Shown: in pieces, positions 22,616 through 31,161 of the stretch
Position numbering within the stretch: the stretch's first letter is position 1
How the letters are laid out: each line of letters opens with the position of its first letter
Assembly: GCA_947628965.1 (NCBI GenBank)
Contig: CANRBV010000002.1
Coordinates: 16,247-80,246 of the forward strand
Origin: an uncultured Bacilli bacterium
GTDB taxonomy: Bacteria > Bacillota_I > Bacilli_A > RF39 > UBA660
Length of the DNA: 64,000 nucleotides
Reading direction: 5' to 3'
Translations under genes and position numbers: made by a program
The notes under the pieces: generated by a model
The model's input: the letters and a program-made list of their open reading frames with translations, nothing else
Databases searched by the model: none
Told to the model about the DNA's origin: nothing

Positions 22616-23384
22616 CTACTTTTTCTTTTTTTTCATCCAACAAATCTAAAGCCATATTCATTAGAGTTTCATAATCTTTATTAAAAGTAATGGCCATTTT
22701 ATTTTGTAAAGTAATTATTTCACCATTCATAACATAATCGTCAATGTTTTTTATATAAAAATTACTGGATAGAGTATAATCAATATTAGATTTTATAATA
22801 TTTTTAATATCAAATATAGAAAAATAATCTTTATAGGGATCACGACTATTATTAAGAAGAATTTTATAGTTCGTAATATTCGAATCTTTAAAAATGCTCA
22901 TTAATGATTTCATATTTTTTAAATCGAGTGGATCATTGGATAAAATAAAGAGTATTGTATCTACTTTATCTAGTGTGGTTACATTCATTTCATTTAAAAT
23001 ATGATTCGTATCAATTAAAACAACATCATAGTTGGATTCAGCCTTATCAATTAAAATATCCATATATTTTGAATCTATTTTATTACATTGCCTAGGATCT
23101 TTTGGACAAGGCAATATGTCAATATAATCATCATATTTTGTAACATAATTTTTAAATTCTTCATAGCGATTGTTATTATAATCGTCCACAAAATTAAAAA
23201 TTGTTTTTTCAAAAGGGCGGTTGAGGGCCATACTAATTCCTCCACTAGATAAATCCAAATCAAGTATCAAAATTTTCTTTTCTAAATGTTCAAAAATTCC
23301 CGCTAAATTGGTTGTAATTATTGTTTTTCCAACTCCACCTTTGGATGAAAAAACGCACATTGATTTTCCTTTTGATTTTGACAT
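22599..23384 (-). CDS. tadZ: TadZ/CpaE-like ParA/MinD-family ATPase
   Basis: Deviant Walker A SSKGGVGKT; overlaps tadA by 17 nt. Confidence 0.65.
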   Translation of the reverse strand: MSKSKGKSMCVFSSKGGVGKTIITTNLAGIFEHLEKKILILDLDLSSGGISMALNRPFEKTIFNFVDDYNNNRYEEFKNYVTKYDDYIDILPCPKDPRQCNKIDSKYMDILIDKAESNYDVVLIDTNHILNEMNVTTLDKVDTILFILSNDPLDLKNMKSLMSIFKDSNITNYKILLNNSRDPYKDYFSIFDIKNIIKSNIDYTLSSNFYIKNIDDYVMNGEIITLQNKMAITFNKDYETLMNMALDLLDEKKEKVGDVHE

Positions 23385-23393
23385 AGTATCCCT

Positions 23394-23771
23394 CTATTCT
23401 TTTTCTATTTTTAGTTCATTATTGATATAGAATACACTTTTTATTGCATAAGATTTTATTCCTATTATGTTTCCAAATATACTCTCTTTTTCATATTGTA
23501 CCTTAATTCTTACAAAATCTTTTTTATTCTCGATTTGCAAATTGTATGTAGGTATTTCATTTTCTTCTAATAAAGAAATGATTTTATCATCAAAAGATGC
23601 ATTTTCTTTTTCTTTATACGTTGTTCTTAAAATTGTTCTTAAAGTACTATTTAATCGTGTTTTTTCATTTAAAATAGTCCCAGTATCTACTACAAAAGCT
23701 AGTAATAAAAGAAGAAGTGGCAATAATAGAATAAAGACAATCAATGTTTGTCCATGCCTATTCATTGTCAA
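23394..23771 (-). CDS. TadE/TadF-like pseudopilin
   Basis: N-terminus GQTLIVFILLLPLLLLLLAFVVDTG is a TadE-like hydrophobic segment. Confidence 0.5.
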   Translation of the reverse strand: MTMNRHGQTLIVFILLLPLLLLLLAFVVDTGTILNEKTRLNSTLRTILRTTYKEKENASFDDKIISLLEENEIPTYNLQIENKKDFVRIKVQYEKESIFGNIIGIKSYAIKSVFYINNELKIEKE

Positions 23772-24111
23772 TCACTCTTTTTGCTGTTGCAACATATGGA
23801 TTTTTTAAAATCATATTTAATCCAGGTGTTATTACAGCAATTTCTTTTTTTAAAAATAAAGTTTCGTTTGTTTCATCTTTTGTTATTTCAAGGAATATAT
23901 GATCATGAGTAAGATCTAATTTCTTATCAATTTCCTCTAATGTATTCTCATTTTTGTATTCTGTAATGACATCATCCATTTTACTTTCTAAATTGTTCTT
24001 CACATATAATATTTTTCCAAAATCTAACATACTAAACAACATAAAAATAAAGACGGGTAAAAGAATGACAAACTCAACTAATGCTTGTCCATTACGTTTT
24101 GCTAACAACAT
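23758..24111 (-). CDS. TadE-like pseudopilin
   Basis: Internal ATG at 24109-24111 with GAAGGGG RBS gives MLLAKRNGQALVEFVILLPVFIFMLF, a TadE N-terminal motif. The track ORF extends upstream through the RBS. Confidence 0.5.
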   Translation of the reverse strand: MLLAKRNGQALVEFVILLPVFIFMLFSMLDFGKILYVKNNLESKMDDVITEYKNENTLEEIDKKLDLTHDHIFLEITKDETNETLFLKKEIAVITPGLNMILKNPYVATAKRVIDNE

Positions 24112-24172
24112 ATCACTACCCCTTCTATTATCGTTTTTTATTATAACATAAAAAAAACGCAAAGAAAAGTCT

Positions 24173-24376
24173 TTACGTATTTTTTTCTTGGCAAGTTCCT
24201 TCACCTGGTTTATTACCAGAAACATATTCTTGATCGACTAAAGAGCAGGAAGTTTTTGTTATAGAATCTTTTAAATAACCTCCAAAATAGCTAACTAAAG
24301 AAACGATTATGACACTAATAAGTGCAATAATTAGAACGTATTCAACTAACGTTTGTCCCTTATTATTTTTTAGCAT
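24173..24376 (-). CDS. flp: Flp-family type IVb prepilin
   Basis: ATG at 24374-24376 with AGGTGG RBS gives MLKNNKGQTLVEYVLIIALISVIIVSL... The class III leader G/QTLVEY fits the Flp prepilin motif; 67 aa. Confidence 0.7.
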   Translation of the reverse strand: MLKNNKGQTLVEYVLIIALISVIIVSLVSYFGGYLKDSITKTSCSLVDQEYVSGNKPGEGTCQEKNT

Positions 24377-24398
24377 TTTACCACCTACTCTTACCATA

Positions 24399-24427
24399 AA
24401 TATATAAGAAAAAAGAGGTAAAGTCAA
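24399..24427 (-). promoter_or_regulatory. putative promoter for flp (TTGACT-17-TATATT)
   Basis: Minus-strand hexamers with a 17-nt spacer, 25 nt upstream of the flp RBS. Confidence 0.35.
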
Positions 24428-24437
24428 ATCTTTTATA

Positions 24438-26057
24438 TTATTTTAAAATTCTTTTTCTCACCATTGAATCAGTATCTTCTACAAATAATTTAGAGTATTC
24501 ATCTCTATTTTCAATAATGTTTTCATATTTTTGGGCTTGTAATAATGTAATTAAATAATTCAAAGTATCCCTTTCTGTATTTCTTTCTTCTTTCTTTGCG
24601 CGTAAATATTGAATTGCTTGCTTTAATTTTTCTCTATTTGCACCTTCAATATTTTCAGCAAATTTATATAAATATTCAGCATTTTTGGTTTGAATAATAG
24701 CATCCTCTAATTTTTCTATATTTGCTCTTTTAATATCTTTGGCAAAATAATAAATATATTCAGCATTTTTGGTTTGAATAAGTGCATCTTCCAATTTTTC
24801 TATATTTGCTCTTTTAATATCTTTGGCAAAAGAATAAATATATTCAGCATTTTTGGTTTGAATGATAGCATTCTCTAATTTTTCAATATTTGCTCCTTTG
24901 ATATATCTAGCAAATTTATAAATATATTCAGCATTTTGAGTTTGAATAAGTGCATTTTCTAATTTTTCAATGTTTGCTCTTTTAATATCATTGGCAAAAT
25001 AATAAATATATTCAGCATTTTGAGTTTGAATAAGTGCATCTTCTAATTTTTCAATGTTTGCTCTTTTAATATCATTGGCAAAATAATAAATATATTCAGC
25101 ATTTTGAGTTTGAATAAGTGCATCTTCTAATTTTTTAATATTTGCTCTTTTAATATCTTTGACAAAATAATAAATATAATAAGCATCTTTAATTTGAATA
25201 AGTGCATCTTCTAATTTTTTTCTATTTGCTCTTTTAATATCTTTGGCAAATAAATAAATATAATTAGCCTTTTTGGTTTGAATAAGTGCATTTTCTAATT
25301 TATTTATATTTGCTCCTTTGACATTGCTAGCAAATTTATAAATATATTCAGCATTTTGAGTTTGAATAAGTGCACCTTCAATATTTTCAGTAAATTTATT
25401 CATATATTCAACATTTTGAGTTTGAATGAGCGCATTCTCTAATTTTTCAATATTCGCTCCTTTATTATCTCTAGCAAATTTATAAATATAATAAGCATCA
25501 TGAATTTGAATTATGGCGTCTTCTAATTTTTCTATATTTGCTTCTTTGACATTGCTAGCAAAAGAATAAATATATTCAGCATCATGAATTTGAATTATGG
25601 CGTCTTCTAATTTTTCTATATTTGCTCTTTTAATATCTTTGGCAAATAAATAAATATAATTAGCCTTTTTGGTTTGAATAAGTGCATCTTCCAATTTTTC
25701 AATGTTTGCTTCTTTGACATCGCTAGCAAAAGAATAAATATATTCAGCATTTTTGGTTTGAATAAGTGCATTTTCTAATTTATTTATATTTGCCTCTTTG
25801 ACATCTCTAGCAAAATAATAAATATATTTGGCATTTTCAGTTTGAATTATAGCATCTTCTAATTTTTTTACATTCGCGCCTTCAATATTTTTAGCAAATT
25901 TATAAATATATTCAGCATTCTTAATATCAATAACAGTATTACAACCTAATTCTTTGTCAATAATTCCTAGATTTACTAATTTTATAAAATAACGAAAGTC
26001 CTTTGCCATTATCATTTGTACATTTGAATTCATACTAAAACCTCCTATAATAATCAT
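24438..26057 (-). CDS. tandem-repeat protein: about 16 copies of a 28-aa repeat NAEYIYxFAxDIKxANIEKLEDALIQTx
   Basis: 539-aa ORF with no signal peptide. The repeats are near-identical at DNA level (84-bp period), with a unique N-terminal 45 aa and C-terminal about 60 aa. Confidence 0.7.
   Translation of the reverse strand: MIIIGGFSMNSNVQMIMAKDFRYFIKLVNLGIIDKELGCNTVIDIKNAEYIYKFAKNIEGANVKKLEDAIIQTENAKYIYYFARDVKEANINKLENALIQTKNAEYIYSFASDVKEANIEKLEDALIQTKKANYIYLFAKDIKRANIEKLEDAIIQIHDAEYIYSFASNVKEANIEKLEDAIIQIHDAYYIYKFARDNKGANIEKLENALIQTQNVEYMNKFTENIEGALIQTQNAEYIYKFASNVKGANINKLENALIQTKKANYIYLFAKDIKRANRKKLEDALIQIKDAYYIYYFVKDIKRANIKKLEDALIQTQNAEYIYYFANDIKRANIEKLEDALIQTQNAEYIYYFANDIKRANIEKLENALIQTQNAEYIYKFARYIKGANIEKLENAIIQTKNAEYIYSFAKDIKRANIEKLEDALIQTKNAEYIYYFAKDIKRANIEKLEDAIIQTKNAEYLYKFAENIEGANREKLKQAIQYLRAKKEERNTERDTLNYLITLLQAQKYENIIENRDEYSKLFVEDTDSMVRKRILK
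24590..25920. repeat. 84-bp in-frame tandem DNA repeats (about 16 units, several adjacent units at least 98% identical)
   Basis: For example, 24962-25045 and 25046-25129 differ by 1 nt. The period equals 28 codons. Confidence 0.8.
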
Positions 26058-26108
26058 TTGTCCTAGTTTTTCTAGTTTTTTATAAATTTTTCTTTTTGAT
26101 TGATAGTT

Positions 26109-26137
26109 ATTGTAGCATACTTTTAAAAGTTTAACAA
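26109..26137 (-). promoter_or_regulatory. putative promoter for the repeat-protein gene (TTGTTA-17-TACAAT)
   Basis: Minus-strand hexamers with a 17-nt spacer, upstream of the 26057 start. Confidence 0.3.
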
Positions 26138-26156
26138 CGAAAAAAAATTAGTTGTA

Positions 26157-27278
26157 CTAATCCTTATAAACACTATCAATACCAAAATATTCTTCTAGAG
26201 TTAACCAATCTCCATTGTTATAAAGTTTTGTTGCCAATTCTTCCCCAACATAACGAAAATGCCATGCTTCATATTTAAAACCCGTAACGTCTTGTTTTCC
26301 TTTTGGATATCTTAAAATAAAACCATACTTATAGCAATTCTCACTTAACCAATTGGCTTCTGGTGTTCCAATAAATTTATCACTAACTTCGTTTACATCG
26401 AAGGTTAAACCAGATTGATGTTCTGAGTAGCCTGGCCTTGCAGAATAGGTATCCGCCGCTTCTTTACCATCTCTTTTCACATAGTTATCATACAAAGTTA
26501 CTTGTCGATCGTAAGATCTAAATCCACTTGCAATATAAATATTTAAGCCATCTAATAAAGCAGCAGATTGCATTTTTTTAAATGCTGTATTTGTATCATT
26601 AGTAAGACCATTTCCAAAGTTAGAAGGTAGTCCATAACTTTTATTTACAATTAATGTTCCATCAATATAGGTAGCACCATCTCTTACGACACCTTGAAAT
26701 CCTTTAGAAGTCGTAAAATAAGTTTCATTACTAGAAGAACCTAATACTTTTAATGTAAATTCTTCTTTTTTTTCATTTCCACTACTATCTTTAGCAACAT
26801 AATAAAGTCTATATTCTCCTATTTCATTGAAATTATATTCACCTTCTACATAAACTGTTATATTCTCTCTAGAATTATCAGTAGCTAAAACATTTTTTAA
26901 TAAATCTATTTCTTTTCCTTTTTCTGTTGTAAGTGTATTTTGATAGGTAATCACAGGAGATTCTTTATCTACAACTTTGAAAGTAACGTTATAAGTCTTT
27001 TGTAGACCAAAAAAAGTTTTAAAAATTACTACAACTTTCTTTTTACCTACGGTAGAAGTATCTAACATCTCGTCTTTATTTAAAATTTCTCCATTATGTA
27101 CTTGTTTAACAATCTCTTCAATCGTTTTTTCTTCATTTAAAGAAAGAAAAATCTCTTTATTTATAAATAATTTAGAACTATTCCATATTACGAAAACTAC
27201 TATTACAAATAAAAATAAAAATAATAAAATTTTAACTCCCTTTTTTATTCTTCTTTTTTTGTGTTTCATCTTAAACAT
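26157..27278 (-). CDS. VanY-family D-alanyl-D-alanine carboxypeptidase (M15B), membrane-anchored
   Basis: N-terminal TM; catalytic motifs SGFRSYDRQ, SEHQSGLTFDV and EAWHFRYVG. Confidence 0.8.
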   Translation of the reverse strand: MFKMKHKKRRIKKGVKILLFLFLFVIVVFVIWNSSKLFINKEIFLSLNEEKTIEEIVKQVHNGEILNKDEMLDTSTVGKKKVVVIFKTFFGLQKTYNVTFKVVDKESPVITYQNTLTTEKGKEIDLLKNVLATDNSRENITVYVEGEYNFNEIGEYRLYYVAKDSSGNEKKEEFTLKVLGSSSNETYFTTSKGFQGVVRDGATYIDGTLIVNKSYGLPSNFGNGLTNDTNTAFKKMQSAALLDGLNIYIASGFRSYDRQVTLYDNYVKRDGKEAADTYSARPGYSEHQSGLTFDVNEVSDKFIGTPEANWLSENCYKYGFILRYPKGKQDVTGFKYEAWHFRYVGEELATKLYNNGDWLTLEEYFGIDSVYKD

Positions 27279-27368
27279 TACCTCAACTTAATTTCATTAT
27301 AATGCACATTTTTTAAAAATTCTATCTCTTTAGAACAAATTTGACAGTTTTGTGATATGATGTATTAG

Positions 27369-27701
27369 GTGATACTTTTGAAATTACAATTAGAAGAAAA
27401 TACGTTTGAAATTAAAATAGCCACAAACTTTTCGGATCGTTTGATGGGATTTATGGGAAAAACAAATATAAATTATGGTATTTTATTTCCAAAATGCAAT
27501 AGTGTCCATACCTTTTTTATGAAAGAAGAAATTGATATTATCGGTTTAAATGAAAAAAACGAAATTTTATTTATTGAACGCAATTGTTCTAAAAATAAAA
27601 TTATTAAAATTAACTCTCCTATTAAAAAAACAAGTATTTTAGAATTACCTAAAAATACCAGTTTTTCTTTAAATATTGGAAATACCATTCATTTTATTTA
27701 A
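27369..27701 (+). CDS. DUF192-family protein
   Basis: GTG start; motifs RLMGFMG and SVHTFFM resemble DUF192/COG1430. Confidence 0.45.
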   Translation: MILLKLQLEENTFEIKIATNFSDRLMGFMGKTNINYGILFPKCNSVHTFFMKEEIDIIGLNEKNEILFIERNCSKNKIIKINSPIKKTSILELPKNTSFSLNIGNTIHFI

Positions 27702-27982
27702 CCATAAACTCTTTTTAAATAATATTCTTGATTCTCAATAACAAGTAAAAGAAATTCTTTTTCATTTAATCGTAGGAAGGCTTCTTTATTTAAATTTGGC
27801 ATAATTTCAAAATAAAGTGGAACTTGTGACATTAAAATTTCTTCTTTTATATACAAACAATCTCCTACATTAGGTTTATTTTTAAGACCATAAAAATCCA
27901 TATTTAAAGCATGCATTTCATTATCAATATCGCGAAGGGTATAGTTGTAATCTTCTATCTTTTCTATCACACATTTTATCAT
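27698..27982 (-). CDS. hypothetical protein (94 aa)
   Basis: ORF coupled (4-nt overlap) to the upstream LRR gene. Confidence 0.4.
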   Translation of the reverse strand: MIKCVIEKIEDYNYTLRDIDNEMHALNMDFYGLKNKPNVGDCLYIKEEILMSQVPLYFEIMPNLNKEAFLRLNEKEFLLLVIENQEYYLKRVYG

Positions 27983-29163
27983 CTTTTTCTTTCCTCCGAT
28001 TCCACCATTTCTATTTTTCCTAAATATTCAGGATGTTGTTGAATAAGCATTTCATAAACTTGTTCATTATTTGGTATACGAATTTTTAATAGACTATGAT
28101 TATTTGCCATAAAATCATATCCAAATAGTTTCAGATTTTCTAAATTCAAATCTATTACTGAATTATTCCAAAATAAAAAATAATCTCCTATTACTTGAAC
28201 ATTTGGTAAATTTACTTTTGATAATACATTGTTTACAAACAATAAATAATTTCCTATCTTTTGAACATTTGGTAAATTAAGAGAAGTTAATGAATTATTT
28301 CTTCCTAAAAAACTATCTCCTATTTTTTGCACATTTGGCAAATTAAGAGAAGTTAAAGAAGTATTTCCTTCTAAAAAATTATCTCCTATTTTTTGCACAT
28401 TTGGCAAATTAAGAGAAGTTAAAGAAGTATTAAAACGTAAAAAACTATCTCCTATTACTTGAACATTTGGTAAATATAACTCTAGTAATTTAGAATTATC
28501 ATATAAAAAAGCATTTCTTATTTTTTGCACATTTGGCAAATTAAGAGAAGTTAAAGAAGTATTAAAAAGTAAAAAATTATCTCCTATTACTTGAACATTT
28601 GGTAAATATAACTCTAGTAATTTAGAATTATCATATAAAAAAGCATTTCCTATTTTTTGAACATTTGGTAAATTTAGTGTTGATAATATAATGTTGTCAC
28701 ATAAAAAATTATCTCCTATTTCTTCTACATAAGGATTATCAAGACCAATTATCCTATTTTCATTATCTACTTCTAATGTTACTAAGCCTTTCATTGTTTC
28801 AAATTTAATAATTTTGCTGTTTGTTTTCACTTCTACACTAATTTTTTTGATAGGATTGTCTTGAAACATTTTCGTAAAACTATCCTCATTATTTGTACAA
28901 TTAAAAATTGTTTTTTCCTTCATATCAATGATAAAATAATCTGCTAGAATATAATGATCTTTTGGTAATTTGCTTGGCTCATGTTGTTTTAAGACTATAT
29001 TATTTGGACAATAATAGGTATTATCTATTTCATAATTGTATTTATAGTATTTACCATTACTATCTTGTACATAGTGTGGTATTTCAAATTGATTTATAAA
29101 ACTTTGTTCTAAACCATAATGTTCGGCAAAACTTTCTGTTAAGCCTTCTATAATATTATCCAA
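27979..29163 (-). CDS. leucine-rich repeat protein (BspA-like 22-aa LRR units LPNVQKIGDNFLxxNTSLTSLN)
   Basis: At least 8 consecutive 22-aa LRR repeats; TTG start; no signal peptide in this ORF. The upstream frame stays open, as described in the findings. Confidence 0.65.
   Translation of the reverse strand: MDNIIEGLTESFAEHYGLEQSFINQFEIPHYVQDSNGKYYKYNYEIDNTYYCPNNIVLKQHEPSKLPKDHYILADYFIIDMKEKTIFNCTNNEDSFTKMFQDNPIKKISVEVKTNSKIIKFETMKGLVTLEVDNENRIIGLDNPYVEEIGDNFLCDNIILSTLNLPNVQKIGNAFLYDNSKLLELYLPNVQVIGDNFLLFNTSLTSLNLPNVQKIRNAFLYDNSKLLELYLPNVQVIGDSFLRFNTSLTSLNLPNVQKIGDNFLEGNTSLTSLNLPNVQKIGDSFLGRNNSLTSLNLPNVQKIGNYLLFVNNVLSKVNLPNVQVIGDYFLFWNNSVIDLNLENLKLFGYDFMANNHSLLKIRIPNNEQVYEMLIQQHPEYLGKIEMVESEERKR
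28173..28713. repeat. 66-bp in-frame tandem repeats encoding the LRR units
   Basis: Repeated LPNVQ(K/V)IG blocks are visible at DNA level. Confidence 0.7.
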
Positions 29164-29336
29164 GTTATTGGAAAAAGTAGCATCGCATTGATCAACCGTA
29201 TGATTATATCGATTTTTAATGGATAAAATATGATAGGGATTACGATCGAATTGAATACTAATAACACTTGTTCCATATAAATCTTGTCTTTCTGGATTTT
29301 TAAAATCTTCTCGTTTAATAGCCTCTACATTTTTCT

Positions 29337-29771
29337 TTACTGCAAAGAAAACATGACATTTTTTAAACGTCCACCTCTAAATGTACAAAGTTCTTCTCTT
29401 GGAGCATAATATTTTTTAAAACTTTGAATCTCTTCTTCACTTTTACATTCATATAAATTGTAACCAGCTTCACTTAACAATTCTTGTGGTGTTTTTATAT
29501 TAGAATTTGTTTGTTCCTCGCTTCTTTTATCAAATTGTTTATAGATAAAATCTTTAAAAGCCATTTCCAAATCCTCTTTTTGCAAATCTTTATATAAAAA
29601 TTTAGAAGGTTCAAACCACTTTAATAACAAATTGGTTAAAACACCCTCTTGTTCTAAAATTGTTGAAAAAGCATCACGACAAAAGTGAGCCATTTCTTCC
29701 CCGTACTTTTTCTTGATAATTTTTAAATCAGAATTCATAGCTTCACCTCGTTTTTTACTCTTTAAATTCAA
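29337..29771 (-). CDS. hypothetical protein; possibly the 5' part of a frameshifted gene continuing into the LRR ORF
   Basis: 144-aa ORF. The +1 frame is open from 29376 down to the LRR TTG start. A T6/A6 tract at 29361-29366 is a candidate slip site. Confidence 0.4.
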   Translation of the reverse strand: MNLKSKKRGEAMNSDLKIIKKKYGEEMAHFCRDAFSTILEQEGVLTNLLLKWFEPSKFLYKDLQKEDLEMAFKDFIYKQFDKRSEEQTNSNIKTPQELLSEAGYNLYECKSEEEIQSFKKYYAPREELCTFRGGRLKNVMFSLQ

Positions 29772-31029
29772 AGATATAATCTAGAATTTGGACTTCGTCT
29801 CCACGTTTTGCACCCATTCGTTCTAGTTCCTCTTCAACGCCCATTCCTTTTAACTTACGAGCAAATCTTAATACAGCTTCTTCTTCCGTAAATCTTGTCA
29901 TACGAAATAAATCTTCAATTTTCTTTCCTTCTAAAACCCATATACCATTTTCATTACGAATTGTATAGGGTTTTTCATTTTGAAATTTATAAACAACGTA
30001 ACTTTCATATTCGTTTTCATTATAAAGATTGTCTTCTTCTATAGTATCTAATAAATCGGCGATATAGGTTAAACAGGCATCTAATCCTTCATTTTTTATA
30101 GCACTTACTTCAAAGATTGGTACATTTGAAATTGCTTTTTTAAATTTTTTTAAATTTTCTTTGGCATGATCTAAGTCCATTTTATTGGCAATGATAATTT
30201 CTTTTTTTATTTTTAGTTTTTCACTATAGGCCTCTATTTCTTTACGAATAATTTTATAGTCATCGATTGGATTTCTACCTTCTATAGATCCCATATCAAT
30301 AACATGAGCAAGTATTTTTGTACGCATAGCATGGCGTAAAAATTGATGCCCTAAACCAATTCCTTCACTCGCACCTTCAATTAATCCTGGTAAATCTGCC
30401 ATAACAAATTTACGTCCATCTTTTAAAGAAACCATTCCTAGATTTGGTGATAAAGTTGTAAAATGATAACTAGCAATTTTGGGTTTAGCGGCACTAATTA
30501 AACTAAGAATGGTACTTTTTCCCACACTTGGCATTCCAATTAAACCAACATCTGCCATAACTTTTAATTCACATTTAATTATTTTATCTTCTCCCATTTC
30601 ACCTAATTCACTAAATTTAGGAGCAGGTTCGTTATGCGTTGCAAAGGCTTTATTACCTCTTCCACCACGGCCACCTTTACAAACAACTACTCTTTGTTTA
30701 TCATTTTTTAAATCCGCAAGTACTAAGTTTGTATCTGCATCATAAACAGTTGTACCTTCTGGAACTTTTAAAATAATATCTTGGGCATTTGCACCATTAC
30801 ACGAAGAACCTTTTCCATTTATTCCTTTTTCCGCTTTAATTATTTTTTTGTATCGTAAATCAATTAAAGTTTTCAAACTTTTATCAACTTCGATAATAAT
30901 GTCTCCACCTTTTCCACCATTCCCACCATCTGGGCCTCCCATAGGAACATATTTTTCACGACGAAAAGAGGTACAGCCATCTCCACCTTTTCCAGCAATT
31001 GCATGAATGATAACTTCATCTACAAACAT
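29755..31029 (-). CDS. obg: GTPase Obg
   Basis: Gly-rich Obg fold N-terminus GKGGDGCTSFRREKYVPMGGPDGGNGGKGG followed by a G domain. Confidence 0.9.
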   Translation of the reverse strand: MFVDEVIIHAIAGKGGDGCTSFRREKYVPMGGPDGGNGGKGGDIIIEVDKSLKTLIDLRYKKIIKAEKGINGKGSSCNGANAQDIILKVPEGTTVYDADTNLVLADLKNDKQRVVVCKGGRGGRGNKAFATHNEPAPKFSELGEMGEDKIIKCELKVMADVGLIGMPSVGKSTILSLISAAKPKIASYHFTTLSPNLGMVSLKDGRKFVMADLPGLIEGASEGIGLGHQFLRHAMRTKILAHVIDMGSIEGRNPIDDYKIIRKEIEAYSEKLKIKKEIIIANKMDLDHAKENLKKFKKAISNVPIFEVSAIKNEGLDACLTYIADLLDTIEEDNLYNENEYESYVVYKFQNEKPYTIRNENGIWVLEGKKIEDLFRMTRFTEEEAVLRFARKLKGMGVEEELERMGAKRGDEVQILDYIFEFKE

Positions 31030-31136
31030 AAAAACACCTCTTTCTCATTACTATTAGTATACCATAAAAAGAAAAAGAACTAAATTAAAGTTCTCTTTTC
31101 TTCGAGTGACAACTTTTTCTATAAAGAAAATAAGTG

Positions 31137-31160
31137 TTAAAAAAACGAGTTTCCTCGTTT
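31137..31160 (-). terminator. rho-independent terminator downstream of the 31162-31737 gene
   Basis: AACGAG-tttc-CTCGTT hairpin plus T-run on the minus strand. Confidence 0.5.
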
Positions 31161-31161
31161 T

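Noticed and set aside
24590-25920. Regular about 84-bp tandem repeats that could be mistaken for a CRISPR array
   Set aside because: The repeats are contiguous with no unique spacers. They are in-frame within one long ORF (28-aa protein repeats), and no cas genes are nearby. They are coding tandem repeats, not CRISPR.
27338-27368. TTGACA hexamer upstream of the DUF192 gene as a promoter -35
   Set aside because: Spacing to the only plausible -10 (TGaTATGAT extended -10) is about 9 nt, so the TTGACA is probably fortuitous. Only the extended -10 may be functional, and the GTG start 7 nt downstream would imply a leaderless mRNA, which is unverified.
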